From: a virus
Reading direction: 5' to 3' (one strand)
DNA: 64,000 nt
IMG/VR virus record: IMGVR_UViG_3300030419_007641
Coordinates: 32,001 to 96,000 of that record
Below the pieces are notes generated by a model. The model saw only the letters and a program-made list of their open reading frames with translations, was not told where the DNA came from and searched no databases. Position 1 is the stretch's first letter; every line of letters begins with the position of its first letter. Made by a program: the position numbers and the translations under genes. Shown piece by piece: positions 55,789-64,000 of this stretch.

Positions 55789-58700
55789 AATCATATTTTA
55801 AATATACTACTGGAGAAGCATTCACCTTAGATGGGGAGGACTATTCTGGGTTTTTTACTTTATGGAAAGGTATTCCTATTACCGGAAAGATACCTTCAGA
55901 CACCTCCGGGGTATTGAGTTCTAAAGGCAATATGCTGGCTAATTCATTTTTAAATAAAAAAAACTTTGATAGAACAGCTGCGCCGGTGTCGATGTCCAAC
56001 CGGATTATAGCTCCGGAGATTTCACCTAGAGATATAATAGATCAAAGATTTTTAAATAAAAATTTAAATATATTAAATCACAATAATTTAAATTTATTTG
56101 GGTTGAATATTATTCCTAAAACTAACCTAATTGACTTAGAAAATACTCATACAGATGGAGATAGTTACTTTTTAGGAGTATCGAGCGGCAAAACTGATAC
56201 AAAAAACAACGATACAGGGTTAGCTAAAACTAATTCTAGGCCGCTACAAATTGACCCATTTGCAGCCACAAACAGACTGCCTGCGGGAATAAATGCTTTA
56301 GATAGCAAAGTAGATGGTACTCTTTTTGTCAATGATGATAAATCATATAAGTATCTCATTACAACAAATACTAACTCTTATACGTTTTCCGGAAGTTTTG
56401 CACCTAAAGGCTCTTTAACTTTAATCGATGAAGGAAAACTTCCAGCGGGTTCAAAACTAACCTATAATGACACCACCGGGGAATTAATAAACTATGTATG
56501 TTTACATGGGCCCGTGGAGGAGAGGCTCCATGGCCTCCGCCGCGGTGGTGAGATCGAGCAGAGGGCTGATTTCTTTACACATCCCGACGATCGGCTTCCG
56601 GGTCCGGACGCCTCCGTAGAGGAACTTCAGGAATGGCAGCGCCGGGAGGAGGAGAGAGCACGAGAGCAAAAGCGGGAGTTGGATCGACAGCTTGAAGACC
56701 TTCATGGAACATTACCGCCAGATGATTTCTTGGACCCCACTCCACCTCGAGCCGGAGCCGAGTCTACTTTAGAGCCATGGTGGTCGCGAACTTCACCATT
56801 ATTAGAAAAGTGGTTAAAGAGATATGAGGAGCAGTTGGACAGAATTGATAAACTTCCACGCCAAGGTCGCGATTGGCCATGGCCAATGGAGGGAGCCGGT
56901 GGTGCGCTGGATCTGAGGAGAGATATCAGGAGAGAGGTTGCTCTTCGGGAACTGAACAGTGCCATAGAAGCTCTTTGGAGATTAGTTAGTAATGAGCAAC
57001 GACGGCTGGCAAGGGAATGGGCGAAAAAGCAAGCGTTACTAGAAGGTCAGTACGGTACACCTCGTGACCGGAACAAAACTCCGGGAAACAGGCCAGTACC
57101 AGCTCCCCCAGGGCTACCGCCGGCTGCGGGAATGGATAGAGCTCCAGCCTTTCCACCGGATTTGCGTTTCGAACCTAGTGAATTTGGCGCTGAGAGAGGT
57201 ACCCGAGAATTAGAATGGTGGGATCCGTCACGTGGTCAATGGATCCCAAAGAGTCAGGAGCCAATGCCTGATCCATGGCCCTTTTGGTGGGAAGGTGATT
57301 TACCGCAAGGGCGGCTATTAGAGCCAAATCCACCGCCGGCAGGAATTGGTCCAAGTGGAATACCAGATGTTAACATCCGGCCAGATGCCCCAGGTGGATT
57401 TGGATTACCGGGTCCAGGTGGAGGCATGCCATTACCGATGGGGGAAGACGGATTTCCGGATCATTGGCGACGAGGGCGCGGATGGGTGCCATTACCAGCT
57501 CCTGGAGGGCCGGAGCTTGATCCAGAGTCCCCAGGATTTGGGTTAGAGGCCGGTAATAGACCTACTATAGGAGAGCCAGAACCTCCGGGTAATAGAGAGA
57601 AAAATTTAAAAGAATGGGCGCGCCGTAAGAAAATTCTAGAAGAATATGATAGAGCTAGTGAAGAATGGAAGGAAGTAGCTACCTTTCTTAAGTACTTAAT
57701 AGAAAAAATTAAAGAAGCGAAGAAGCAGGTCCTTGATAGAATGGAATTTGACATTCAAGGGCGACCGATGAACCAGCCGTCCTTGAATGACCCGGACGTT
57801 GCAATGACAGAGGAAGAGCAAAATGAGTTAAATTTAATAGGTATAGCGGCTAACGCTACTATAGTAAATGCTGGTGCTATAGCTGACTTAGCGTATAAAG
57901 GATACTTACGCCACCCAACATTTTCTACAGTTACAACCCCAGATGTAGCATCCCTTGCGGCTAATATATTAGGAACAGAGGGATTTCATTCTCATAATGA
58001 TAATGCTACATTTATGCCATGTTATACAATGGATGATTTCATGTATATAACGAATCCTGCAAAAGTACAGGAGGAAATGTCTCACGTAGCTAATAACGCT
58101 CCAAGAAAATATCTTGTTAATACATATGATTTTAGTTCATTTGCAACAACAAATGAATGTCAATTAAAAGACCAAGTCCCAGTTATAGGAAATATTGTAG
58201 ATGGTAAAATTAAAGTAGGTAAAAATATTATGGGCACTCTTCATAAAAGAGGGCAAGAAATAGAGTTATCTATTAGTAACAGGTATACAAGAAAAAACTA
58301 TGTCACCATAGTTACACTAGGGATGGGAGATAAAATGGTTGACTTTGATATCCGAGATACTGATGATAATATTCTTATATTAACTCAAAATTCGGATTCT
58401 AGTAATACATATGGTCTATATCACGTAGATACAGATAATGTCCTACAAAATAGCATTAACTTTAATGCGGATGAAAATCAAACTGGAAAGGGACGCACAT
58501 GTAAATGTAAAAATGAAATTAAAGTGCATTATCTGGCACCTAATGGAAAAGATATAATGATTCCCCCAGATGATCTTAATGACATAGGCTCTATTCCTGA
58601 GGGTTGGACTATAGAATACGGGTTTAATCCCTCAGACGATCCAGAGGGGCTGTGGTGGCGTAAAGAGGGCAAACACTGTTGGTATCGGCAACTATATCGA

Positions 58701-60497
58701 AGAGGCGATGGTGTTACTGAAATAAGATATTACTGCCGGGGTAGTGTAAATGGTAAAGACGGTCCGATAAAGCAACCGATGCCTGATAATAGAGAATGGG
58801 AATGGGATAAGGGAGATTGGGGAAGATTTCGTATGGGAGACGGGGCTGGTGGCGAAGTTGATCCTGATGCCCCCGAACAGCCGGAAGTCATTTATACTAA
58901 TCCTGCCGTGATAATAATTGGCGGTGGACTCGACGAGGGTGAAGATCAAATTTTTATCCCGACTCCGGGTGATGGTGATGAAATAATTGGGCTACCGCCT
59001 GCAAATGCTGATTGGCATAAAGAGATTGAAAATTGGGAAGAGGAATGGCCAGAGATAGAACAAGTACCAGATGGTGAAGTTATTGAAAATCTGCCGGAAT
59101 TCAACTTTCCCGAGCCCGGTGATCCTGATGACCAAGAGGTCTTTGATCTTAATGACCTTGAAAGGCCCTCAGATGAAGATCTGGAAATGATGGAAGAATC
59201 GGCAAGAGTGGCTAGAGAGTTTCAGTTAGAATTCATGCTTCAGAATCAGATACAAGAGTGGCTAGATCCAGAAGGTGAGTTACAGCTGTTTGACCCTCGA
59301 GGGCCGGCATTCGGGGAGATTCAAGAAATAATAGAAAATTTAAGGGCATTAGGTACAGATCGAGTACTGCTTGATAGTGCTAAGGGTAATATAAATCGAA
59401 TTGATACCAGTCGCACACATTCACATAAAACTAAAATTGAATTTTCAAATACAGATAGTAATGAATTTATTTTAACTGATAATGGAGTTGTATCTAAAGG
59501 GTTTATTTCTAATCCAACCTTCCCATCTAGTATGGGTTCAAAAGCTAATCTTTTATACCCACCAGGTGCATTCTGGGGAACAACAGAAGAAGAAATATCA
59601 AATAGCCAATTAAAATGGAATACTGATTCACTAAAATCCAATAATTTTAATAATTTAAATATACATGAAGTTCAAAACCAAACGGATACATTTACATTTA
59701 TACATAATATAGGTAGAATTTATCTAGGTACAAGTAAGACATTATACAATAATCTAGTACCATTAGATCTTGATAATAATTATAGACCAACATTAACCCC
59801 GGAGTCGAGCTTAGGAATATCTCTTAATAGTCAACTACAGTCCATTTTAAAAGATACATTAAATGTTTTTTATAATTTAAATACGGTAATTAAACAAGAT
59901 ATAGTTGAAGGTATACCTATTCTCCAAAATTATGAAGCTCCTTTGTCAATTAATATTAATCTTAAAGATTTTGAATTTCATGAAAATGAAGAAATAAGTT
60001 ATACTACTGTATCACGAGTTTTTAATAAGCTTTATCAATTGCAACTTGATATATATAACACTGTTTTGCGTGTAAGTCCACGTGTCCCGACAGAAATAAC
60101 GTTTCCGGTTGATGAGGTGGTATACGATACGAGCTATCCGGAGCCTAAAGACCCAGGACCGTCTTTATACGACATATACTCATCATGGACTGCACCAATA
60201 GCTCATCTGCGATATCAAAAAATGGGGCTAGCCCCGTGGCCATGGCCACCGGGAGCTGACTTATCTAAAGAAGAAAGAGTAAAAATGTTAGCAGCCCAGG
60301 CTGAAGCTGATCGAAATATGGATACCGGGCCATGGCCTCTTAGTATAAACCAAGATGCGCTAGATTATTACAGCTCTAGATCACAAGATGGTACAGCTGG
60401 CACATCAACAGGTACTATGCCAACTACAACTCCAACAGGAACTACAGATGGACCAACAACACCATCTACAGGGTACGGAGGCGGAGGGGGGTATTAA
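55785..60497 (+). CDS. 1570-aa mosaic virion protein with three GC-rich inserted modules
   Basis: N-terminal YTTGEAFTLDGEDYSGFF; AT-rich scaffold alternating with Pro/Glu/Trp/Arg-rich blocks. Confidence 0.75.
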   Translation: MKSYFKYTTGEAFTLDGEDYSGFFTLWKGIPITGKIPSDTSGVLSSKGNMLANSFLNKKNFDRTAAPVSMSNRIIAPEISPRDIIDQRFLNKNLNILNHNNLNLFGLNIIPKTNLIDLENTHTDGDSYFLGVSSGKTDTKNNDTGLAKTNSRPLQIDPFAATNRLPAGINALDSKVDGTLFVNDDKSYKYLITTNTNSYTFSGSFAPKGSLTLIDEGKLPAGSKLTYNDTTGELINYVCLHGPVEERLHGLRRGGEIEQRADFFTHPDDRLPGPDASVEELQEWQRREEERAREQKRELDRQLEDLHGTLPPDDFLDPTPPRAGAESTLEPWWSRTSPLLEKWLKRYEEQLDRIDKLPRQGRDWPWPMEGAGGALDLRRDIRREVALRELNSAIEALWRLVSNEQRRLAREWAKKQALLEGQYGTPRDRNKTPGNRPVPAPPGLPPAAGMDRAPAFPPDLRFEPSEFGAERGTRELEWWDPSRGQWIPKSQEPMPDPWPFWWEGDLPQGRLLEPNPPPAGIGPSGIPDVNIRPDAPGGFGLPGPGGGMPLPMGEDGFPDHWRRGRGWVPLPAPGGPELDPESPGFGLEAGNRPTIGEPEPPGNREKNLKEWARRKKILEEYDRASEEWKEVATFLKYLIEKIKEAKKQVLDRMEFDIQGRPMNQPSLNDPDVAMTEEEQNELNLIGIAANATIVNAGAIADLAYKGYLRHPTFSTVTTPDVASLAANILGTEGFHSHNDNATFMPCYTMDDFMYITNPAKVQEEMSHVANNAPRKYLVNTYDFSSFATTNECQLKDQVPVIGNIVDGKIKVGKNIMGTLHKRGQEIELSISNRYTRKNYVTIVTLGMGDKMVDFDIRDTDDNILILTQNSDSSNTYGLYHVDTDNVLQNSINFNADENQTGKGRTCKCKNEIKVHYLAPNGKDIMIPPDDLNDIGSIPEGWTIEYGFNPSDDPEGLWWRKEGKHCWYRQLYRRGDGVTEIRYYCRGSVNGKDGPIKQPMPDNREWEWDKGDWGRFRMGDGAGGEVDPDAPEQPEVIYTNPAVIIIGGGLDEGEDQIFIPTPGDGDEIIGLPPANADWHKEIENWEEEWPEIEQVPDGEVIENLPEFNFPEPGDPDDQEVFDLNDLERPSDEDLEMMEESARVAREFQLEFMLQNQIQEWLDPEGELQLFDPRGPAFGEIQEIIENLRALGTDRVLLDSAKGNINRIDTSRTHSHKTKIEFSNTDSNEFILTDNGVVSKGFISNPTFPSSMGSKANLLYPPGAFWGTTEEEISNSQLKWNTDSLKSNNFNNLNIHEVQNQTDTFTFIHNIGRIYLGTSKTLYNNLVPLDLDNNYRPTLTPESSLGISLNSQLQSILKDTLNVFYNLNTVIKQDIVEGIPILQNYEAPLSININLKDFEFHENEEISYTTVSRVFNKLYQLQLDIYNTVLRVSPRVPTEITFPVDEVVYDTSYPEPKDPGPSLYDIYSSWTAPIAHLRYQKMGLAPWPWPPGADLSKEERVKMLAAQAEADRNMDTGPWPLSINQDALDYYSSRSQDGTAGTSTGTMPTTTPTGTTDGPTTPSTGYGGGGGY

Positions 60498-60555
60498 TAA
60501 GGAAACGTATAACAGTCTTAGATAGTATTTTAAATAAGTAGCATAAATAATAATA

Positions 60556-61176
60556 ATGCCAAGGAGTTTACAAAATCAATTAATCTCAAATACATATAGT
60601 TCTATACTGCATTTGAGTTCAAATAATTTAAAGTCTCCTGTAAATACCCTTAACGGTATATTTGACGGGGTAGGAAATGAAACAGGCATAAGTTTAAGTG
60701 GATCTAGAGTTGTAATTAATAATTATGTGCAACCTGAAGGGCCTACAGCACCAAGCGAGTGGCTGGATGCCTTTTTTCCTGTTAATTCTATTAAATTAAC
60801 TTTTGATGACACAAACCCAGGAACAAAAATTGCAAATACGACTTGGGAGTTAGTATCGCAAGGCAGATTTTTAGTTGGAGCTGGCCCTGGAACTGATAAA
60901 AATGGCTTAGTTAAGACTTTTGAAGCTGGTTCACAGGAAGGTGAGTATGAGCATACTTTAACTACATCTGAGATACCTAAGCATTCTCATGATATCGATG
61001 AAAAGGTTGTAGGGGGCGATAATCCGAGTGCCGCGGCAGGTAAGGGTGGAGAATTAATAGGTGGTAGGCAGCAACAAGGAGGAGTTAAATACACCACTCT
61101 AACTACCGGTGATGGTGAGTCGCATAACAATATACCCCCGGGTTATGGAATTTACGTTTGGAGAAGAACAGCATAG
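60556..61176 (+). CDS. baseplate/tail protein with gp10 C-terminal-like domain
   Basis: FPVNSI...NP.....TTWE....GRFLVGAG...GEYEHTLT..EIP.H.H...HNNIPP...YVWRRTA. Confidence 0.75.
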   Translation: MPRSLQNQLISNTYSSILHLSSNNLKSPVNTLNGIFDGVGNETGISLSGSRVVINNYVQPEGPTAPSEWLDAFFPVNSIKLTFDDTNPGTKIANTTWELVSQGRFLVGAGPGTDKNGLVKTFEAGSQEGEYEHTLTTSEIPKHSHDIDEKVVGGDNPSAAAGKGGELIGGRQQQGGVKYTTLTTGDGESHNNIPPGYGIYVWRRTA

Positions 61177-61185
61177 CAATAAATT

Positions 61186-62712
61186 ATGGCAAATATTACT
61201 ATAGTAAAATTAAAAGTACGTCGTGGATCTAATGCGCAAAGGCAGACCATTGTTCTCGATCAAGGGGAATTAGGATACACAATAGACACAAAAAGATTAT
61301 TTGTCGGTGATGGTTCGACAACAGGTGGGCATATTGTAGGTAATAAAGGATTAGGATCGTTTACCTCTTTAGAATCATTAGGAGATGTTGTAGGTGCACA
61401 AGTCGGGGATATTGGCTATGCAAATAGCTCATTGTGGATGATATCTTCTACACCTTATGAATGGAATTCGGGTTCAGCATACTTATCTGGGTTTGCTCAT
61501 ATCGGTACTAAAACAGAGGGTACAGGGGCAACTATTAATTTCAACAGTGATGGCAAGGTGGCTGTTAAAAAAAGCTCTTTAGATGTACAATATTTTAAAT
61601 CAACATTCTTTGGAGGCGGTATATTATCGGCAGCTGATGGTTCTGCTAAAATTGATTTAAATACTGTCTATTTTGAATTATCCGGGGATGCTGCTAGTTC
61701 TAAGATATCGCCTAAACAGAATTCAATAACAGAAAGAGAGATAGCTACTACGGCTCTTTCTTCTGGTTTACAAGGAGGAAATGACGTACCGGTTAAGCTG
61801 TACATAGATACCGATACATTTGGGTTTGAACCAGACGGTAAATTAATATTAACAAATACAGGATCGAAAAGCGTACAATTTTCTAGCTTTAATCCCGATG
61901 TAATAGGCGATGGATTAAAGCTAGATGATTCTACTAGAAAATTACAAGCACTGTTTCAAAAAACAAATAATTCTTTAAGTTTGGTAGACGGTGTATTATC
62001 AATTGCTGCAGGAGTTTCTGCTGGTGATACAGAGGAAAGTCAAGCACCGGAATTGCCATTTGTAACTGTTTCAGATGGAATTGTAACTGGATTACAAAGC
62101 TCAATATATGATACAGCATCCGCACTAGGTCTATCAGGCAACGATACAGGGTCCGATGTACCTGTTGGAACTGTATTACCTCATGCTAAGACGTTTCCTG
62201 GCGCGCCTCCCGGGTATCTACTTTGTGACGGTAAAGCATATGATAGTACTCTTAGCGAGTACAAAGATTTATACGACGTTATAGGTACTAGTTGGAACGA
62301 AGCATATGGTGCCTCAGCGCCTGCATCTGACTTTTTTAGAGTTCCTAATTTAACAGGTGGTAACGTTATGATGTATGGTGCAAATGCTGCAGCACCGGGC
62401 TCAACTCTCTATAAATTAAGCGCTACAGACTCAACAGCGTCGCATGTACTTTCAGTACAGGGATATAACTTTATAATTCGTTATACCAAAGGTACAGGTA
62501 GTTTTGATTTATTTAACGGAGCGCCCAATCAAGTTAGTAAAGGACTATTAGGGGCATACGATCAAAAGACTTATGAGTGCATGGATTCTTCAGGAGTACA
62601 TATGCAACTAAGCTCTGCTGGATTTATGTTATTTGCACTATCCGGGGATGTGAGAAAAGATACTAGTAGTGAAACGTTTGATAAATTTGCTATCCCTGTA
62701 TATAACTGGTAA
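61186..62712 (+). CDS. fibre protein: Mtd/hyaluronidase-type N-terminal domain plus tail collar domain
   Basis: KLKVRRG...GELGYTIDTKRLFVGDG; PVGTVLP...GYLLCDG...FRVPNL. Confidence 0.8.
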   Translation: MANITIVKLKVRRGSNAQRQTIVLDQGELGYTIDTKRLFVGDGSTTGGHIVGNKGLGSFTSLESLGDVVGAQVGDIGYANSSLWMISSTPYEWNSGSAYLSGFAHIGTKTEGTGATINFNSDGKVAVKKSSLDVQYFKSTFFGGGILSAADGSAKIDLNTVYFELSGDAASSKISPKQNSITEREIATTALSSGLQGGNDVPVKLYIDTDTFGFEPDGKLILTNTGSKSVQFSSFNPDVIGDGLKLDDSTRKLQALFQKTNNSLSLVDGVLSIAAGVSAGDTEESQAPELPFVTVSDGIVTGLQSSIYDTASALGLSGNDTGSDVPVGTVLPHAKTFPGAPPGYLLCDGKAYDSTLSEYKDLYDVIGTSWNEAYGASAPASDFFRVPNLTGGNVMMYGANAAAPGSTLYKLSATDSTASHVLSVQGYNFIIRYTKGTGSFDLFNGAPNQVSKGLLGAYDQKTYECMDSSGVHMQLSSAGFMLFALSGDVRKDTSSETFDKFAIPVYNW

Positions 62713-62728
62713 TTAAATATTAAAGACA

Positions 62729-64000
62729 ATGGCTATTGAAATTTTAGAAAACACCTTATTAAAACTGTTAGTCAGGAGAGGAACAAATGTAGATAGACTA
62801 CAAATAACTCTCGAAAGCGGCGAACTAGCATATACTACTGATACAAACAGATTGTACATAGGTGATGGTACAACAGCCGGGGGTATTCTAGCAGGTAACA
62901 AATACAAAGGAACAGCTGGTGATATAACCACATTAGCGCCGGCTGATGTAGGAGACTATGTATATAATTCTGATGAAAATGTCCTTTATGTATGCACTAC
63001 GAGTAATGGTTCATCTCCAGGAGATTGGTCTGCTGTATCAAATAGCTTAAGTGCGTATAACGCGACTCTAAATGTTAACAGTGGAAGTGAAATAAAAGTT
63101 GGTGTAATTTCTGAGGGTGGTGGTCTTTCTGCAGGCAACATATCTAATTCGGCACTTGGAAATTCTTTAGTAGTAGATACATCAGATCAAGTATCTTTAT
63201 GTTCCAATATTAGTACAGATGCTATCTTCCGCAGAACAACTGATGCTAATAGCTATTTATCATTACCAGGGAAATTAAAAATAAATGAAGTTAATTATGA
63301 TTTTACAGGAGCATCGCCTACTGCACATTCATTCTTAGCAGCTGACGCTGCTGGTGCGCTAACTTGGGGCGTTCCAGGGCTAGTAACCTCTGGCGTAGCC
63401 CCTACTACTGCAGCATTAATTCCTGTGGGTACTATAGTACCATATGTATCAACTGCCGGGTCTCTACCTTACGGGTGGTTACCATGTGATGGTAGGTCAG
63501 TGGCTACTGCTGATTTTCCAGATCTTTCCGGGGTCATTCATTATGGTTATGGTGGGTCTGGTGCGAATTTTAATGTACCTGACCTTACTAATAAAGCAGT
63601 ATACGGAAGCGATAACCCAGAAGGTAGCACATTGTATGGATTAAGCGCTAGCGCTGGTAGCACCGGTGCTAGCATATCTGCATCAGGTATGATGTTCATT
63701 ATTAAGGCTTTCGGTGGCATTACAAGTCCTACATTTACAGTGACAAAGAATCTCGATTGCACCATTAATGGACTAGTGTCCTCGGGTTTTGAATTTAATC
63801 CATTAAGTGGGGATATTGTTATAGCTAGTTCTAAGCCTGGTACAGAAGTGTTTAATACTAATGTAGGTGGAGCGACATTTACATTCCCCGCAGGTATACA
63901 TTACGTAAAATATTATGTTACCGGAGCAGGAGCTACAGGTGGTAATACTAATGGTGGTGCCGCGGCAACATGCATCGGATATTTATCTGCTTGGCCAGGC
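62729..64000 (+). CDS. second fibre protein (partial): same N-terminal domain, collar domain, Gly-rich domain
   Basis: Manual translation MAIEILENTLLKLLVRRG...GELAYTTDTNRLYIGDG; IPVGTIVPY...GWLPCDG in frame; appears open to the window end (spot-checked). Confidence 0.8.
   Translation, partial: MAIEILENTLLKLLVRRGTNVDRLQITLESGELAYTTDTNRLYIGDGTTAGGILAGNKYKGTAGDITTLAPADVGDYVYNSDENVLYVCTTSNGSSPGDWSAVSNSLSAYNATLNVNSGSEIKVGVISEGGGLSAGNISNSALGNSLVVDTSDQVSLCSNISTDAIFRRTTDANSYLSLPGKLKINEVNYDFTGASPTAHSFLAADAAGALTWGVPGLVTSGVAPTTAALIPVGTIVPYVSTAGSLPYGWLPCDGRSVATADFPDLSGVIHYGYGGSGANFNVPDLTNKAVYGSDNPEGSTLYGLSASAGSTGASISASGMMFIIKAFGGITSPTFTVTKNLDCTINGLVSSGFEFNPLSGDIVIASSKPGTEVFNTNVGGATFTFPAGIHYVKYYVTGAGATGGNTNGGAAATCIGYLSAWPG

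Noticed and set aside
56500-57830. Intein starting at CLHG in the 1570-aa protein
   Set aside because: No C-terminal HN-[CST] and no LAGLIDADG or Hint-block motifs.
7531-63765. Many short antisense or alternative-frame ORFs in the track (e.g. 7531..8016, 11691..12011, 22680..23183, 35237..35872, 55335..55685)
   Set aside because: They are fully nested within well-supported genes, lack promoters, and have composition dictated by the sense gene.
61186-64000. Diversity-generating retroelement suggested by the Mtd-type N-terminus
   Set aside because: No reverse transcriptase and no template/variable repeat pair differing at adenines was seen in the window.

Overview
A ~64 kb, AT-rich, gene-dense segment of a T4-like (myovirus-type) tailed phage genome. 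It holds terminase large subunit gp17, neck gp14, gp3, sheath gp18, three gp19-like tube paralogs, baseplate genes (gp26/gp48/gp53/gp27/gp25/gp6-like), large baseplate/fibre proteins, clamp loader gp44 and dUTPase. The left ~21 kb is accessory: many small genes, three tRNAs (Leu-TAA, Ile2/Met-CAT, Arg-TCT), a PVC-type prenyltransferase/squalene-cyclase-repeat protein, an NDP-sugar cluster (RmlB, cytidylyltransferase, Gmd, Fcl, UER/RmlD-type), GuaC, SOD and a 2OG-Fe(II) oxygenase. Host-derived genes point (by inference) to a Verrucomicrobiota/Planctomycetota host. Top finding: a late gene missed by the ORF track (7140..7478, +) has a single in-frame TGA at codon 49 (H-N-*-A-T-H-V), followed by a hairpin with a GGUC apical loop spaced like the E. 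coli fdhF SECIS. It is a candidate phage-encoded, possibly virion-packaged selenoprotein. Also notable: two phage promoter classes (TAAATA late; AAGGAAC-N5-TA[T/A]AAT early/middle) both sit so close to start codons that the mRNAs look leaderless; a family of capsid-targeting-like N-terminal leaders occurs on enzymes such as SOD; and GC-rich Pro/Trp-rich modules are inserted into baseplate proteins. All calls come from reading motifs by eye; no searches were run.
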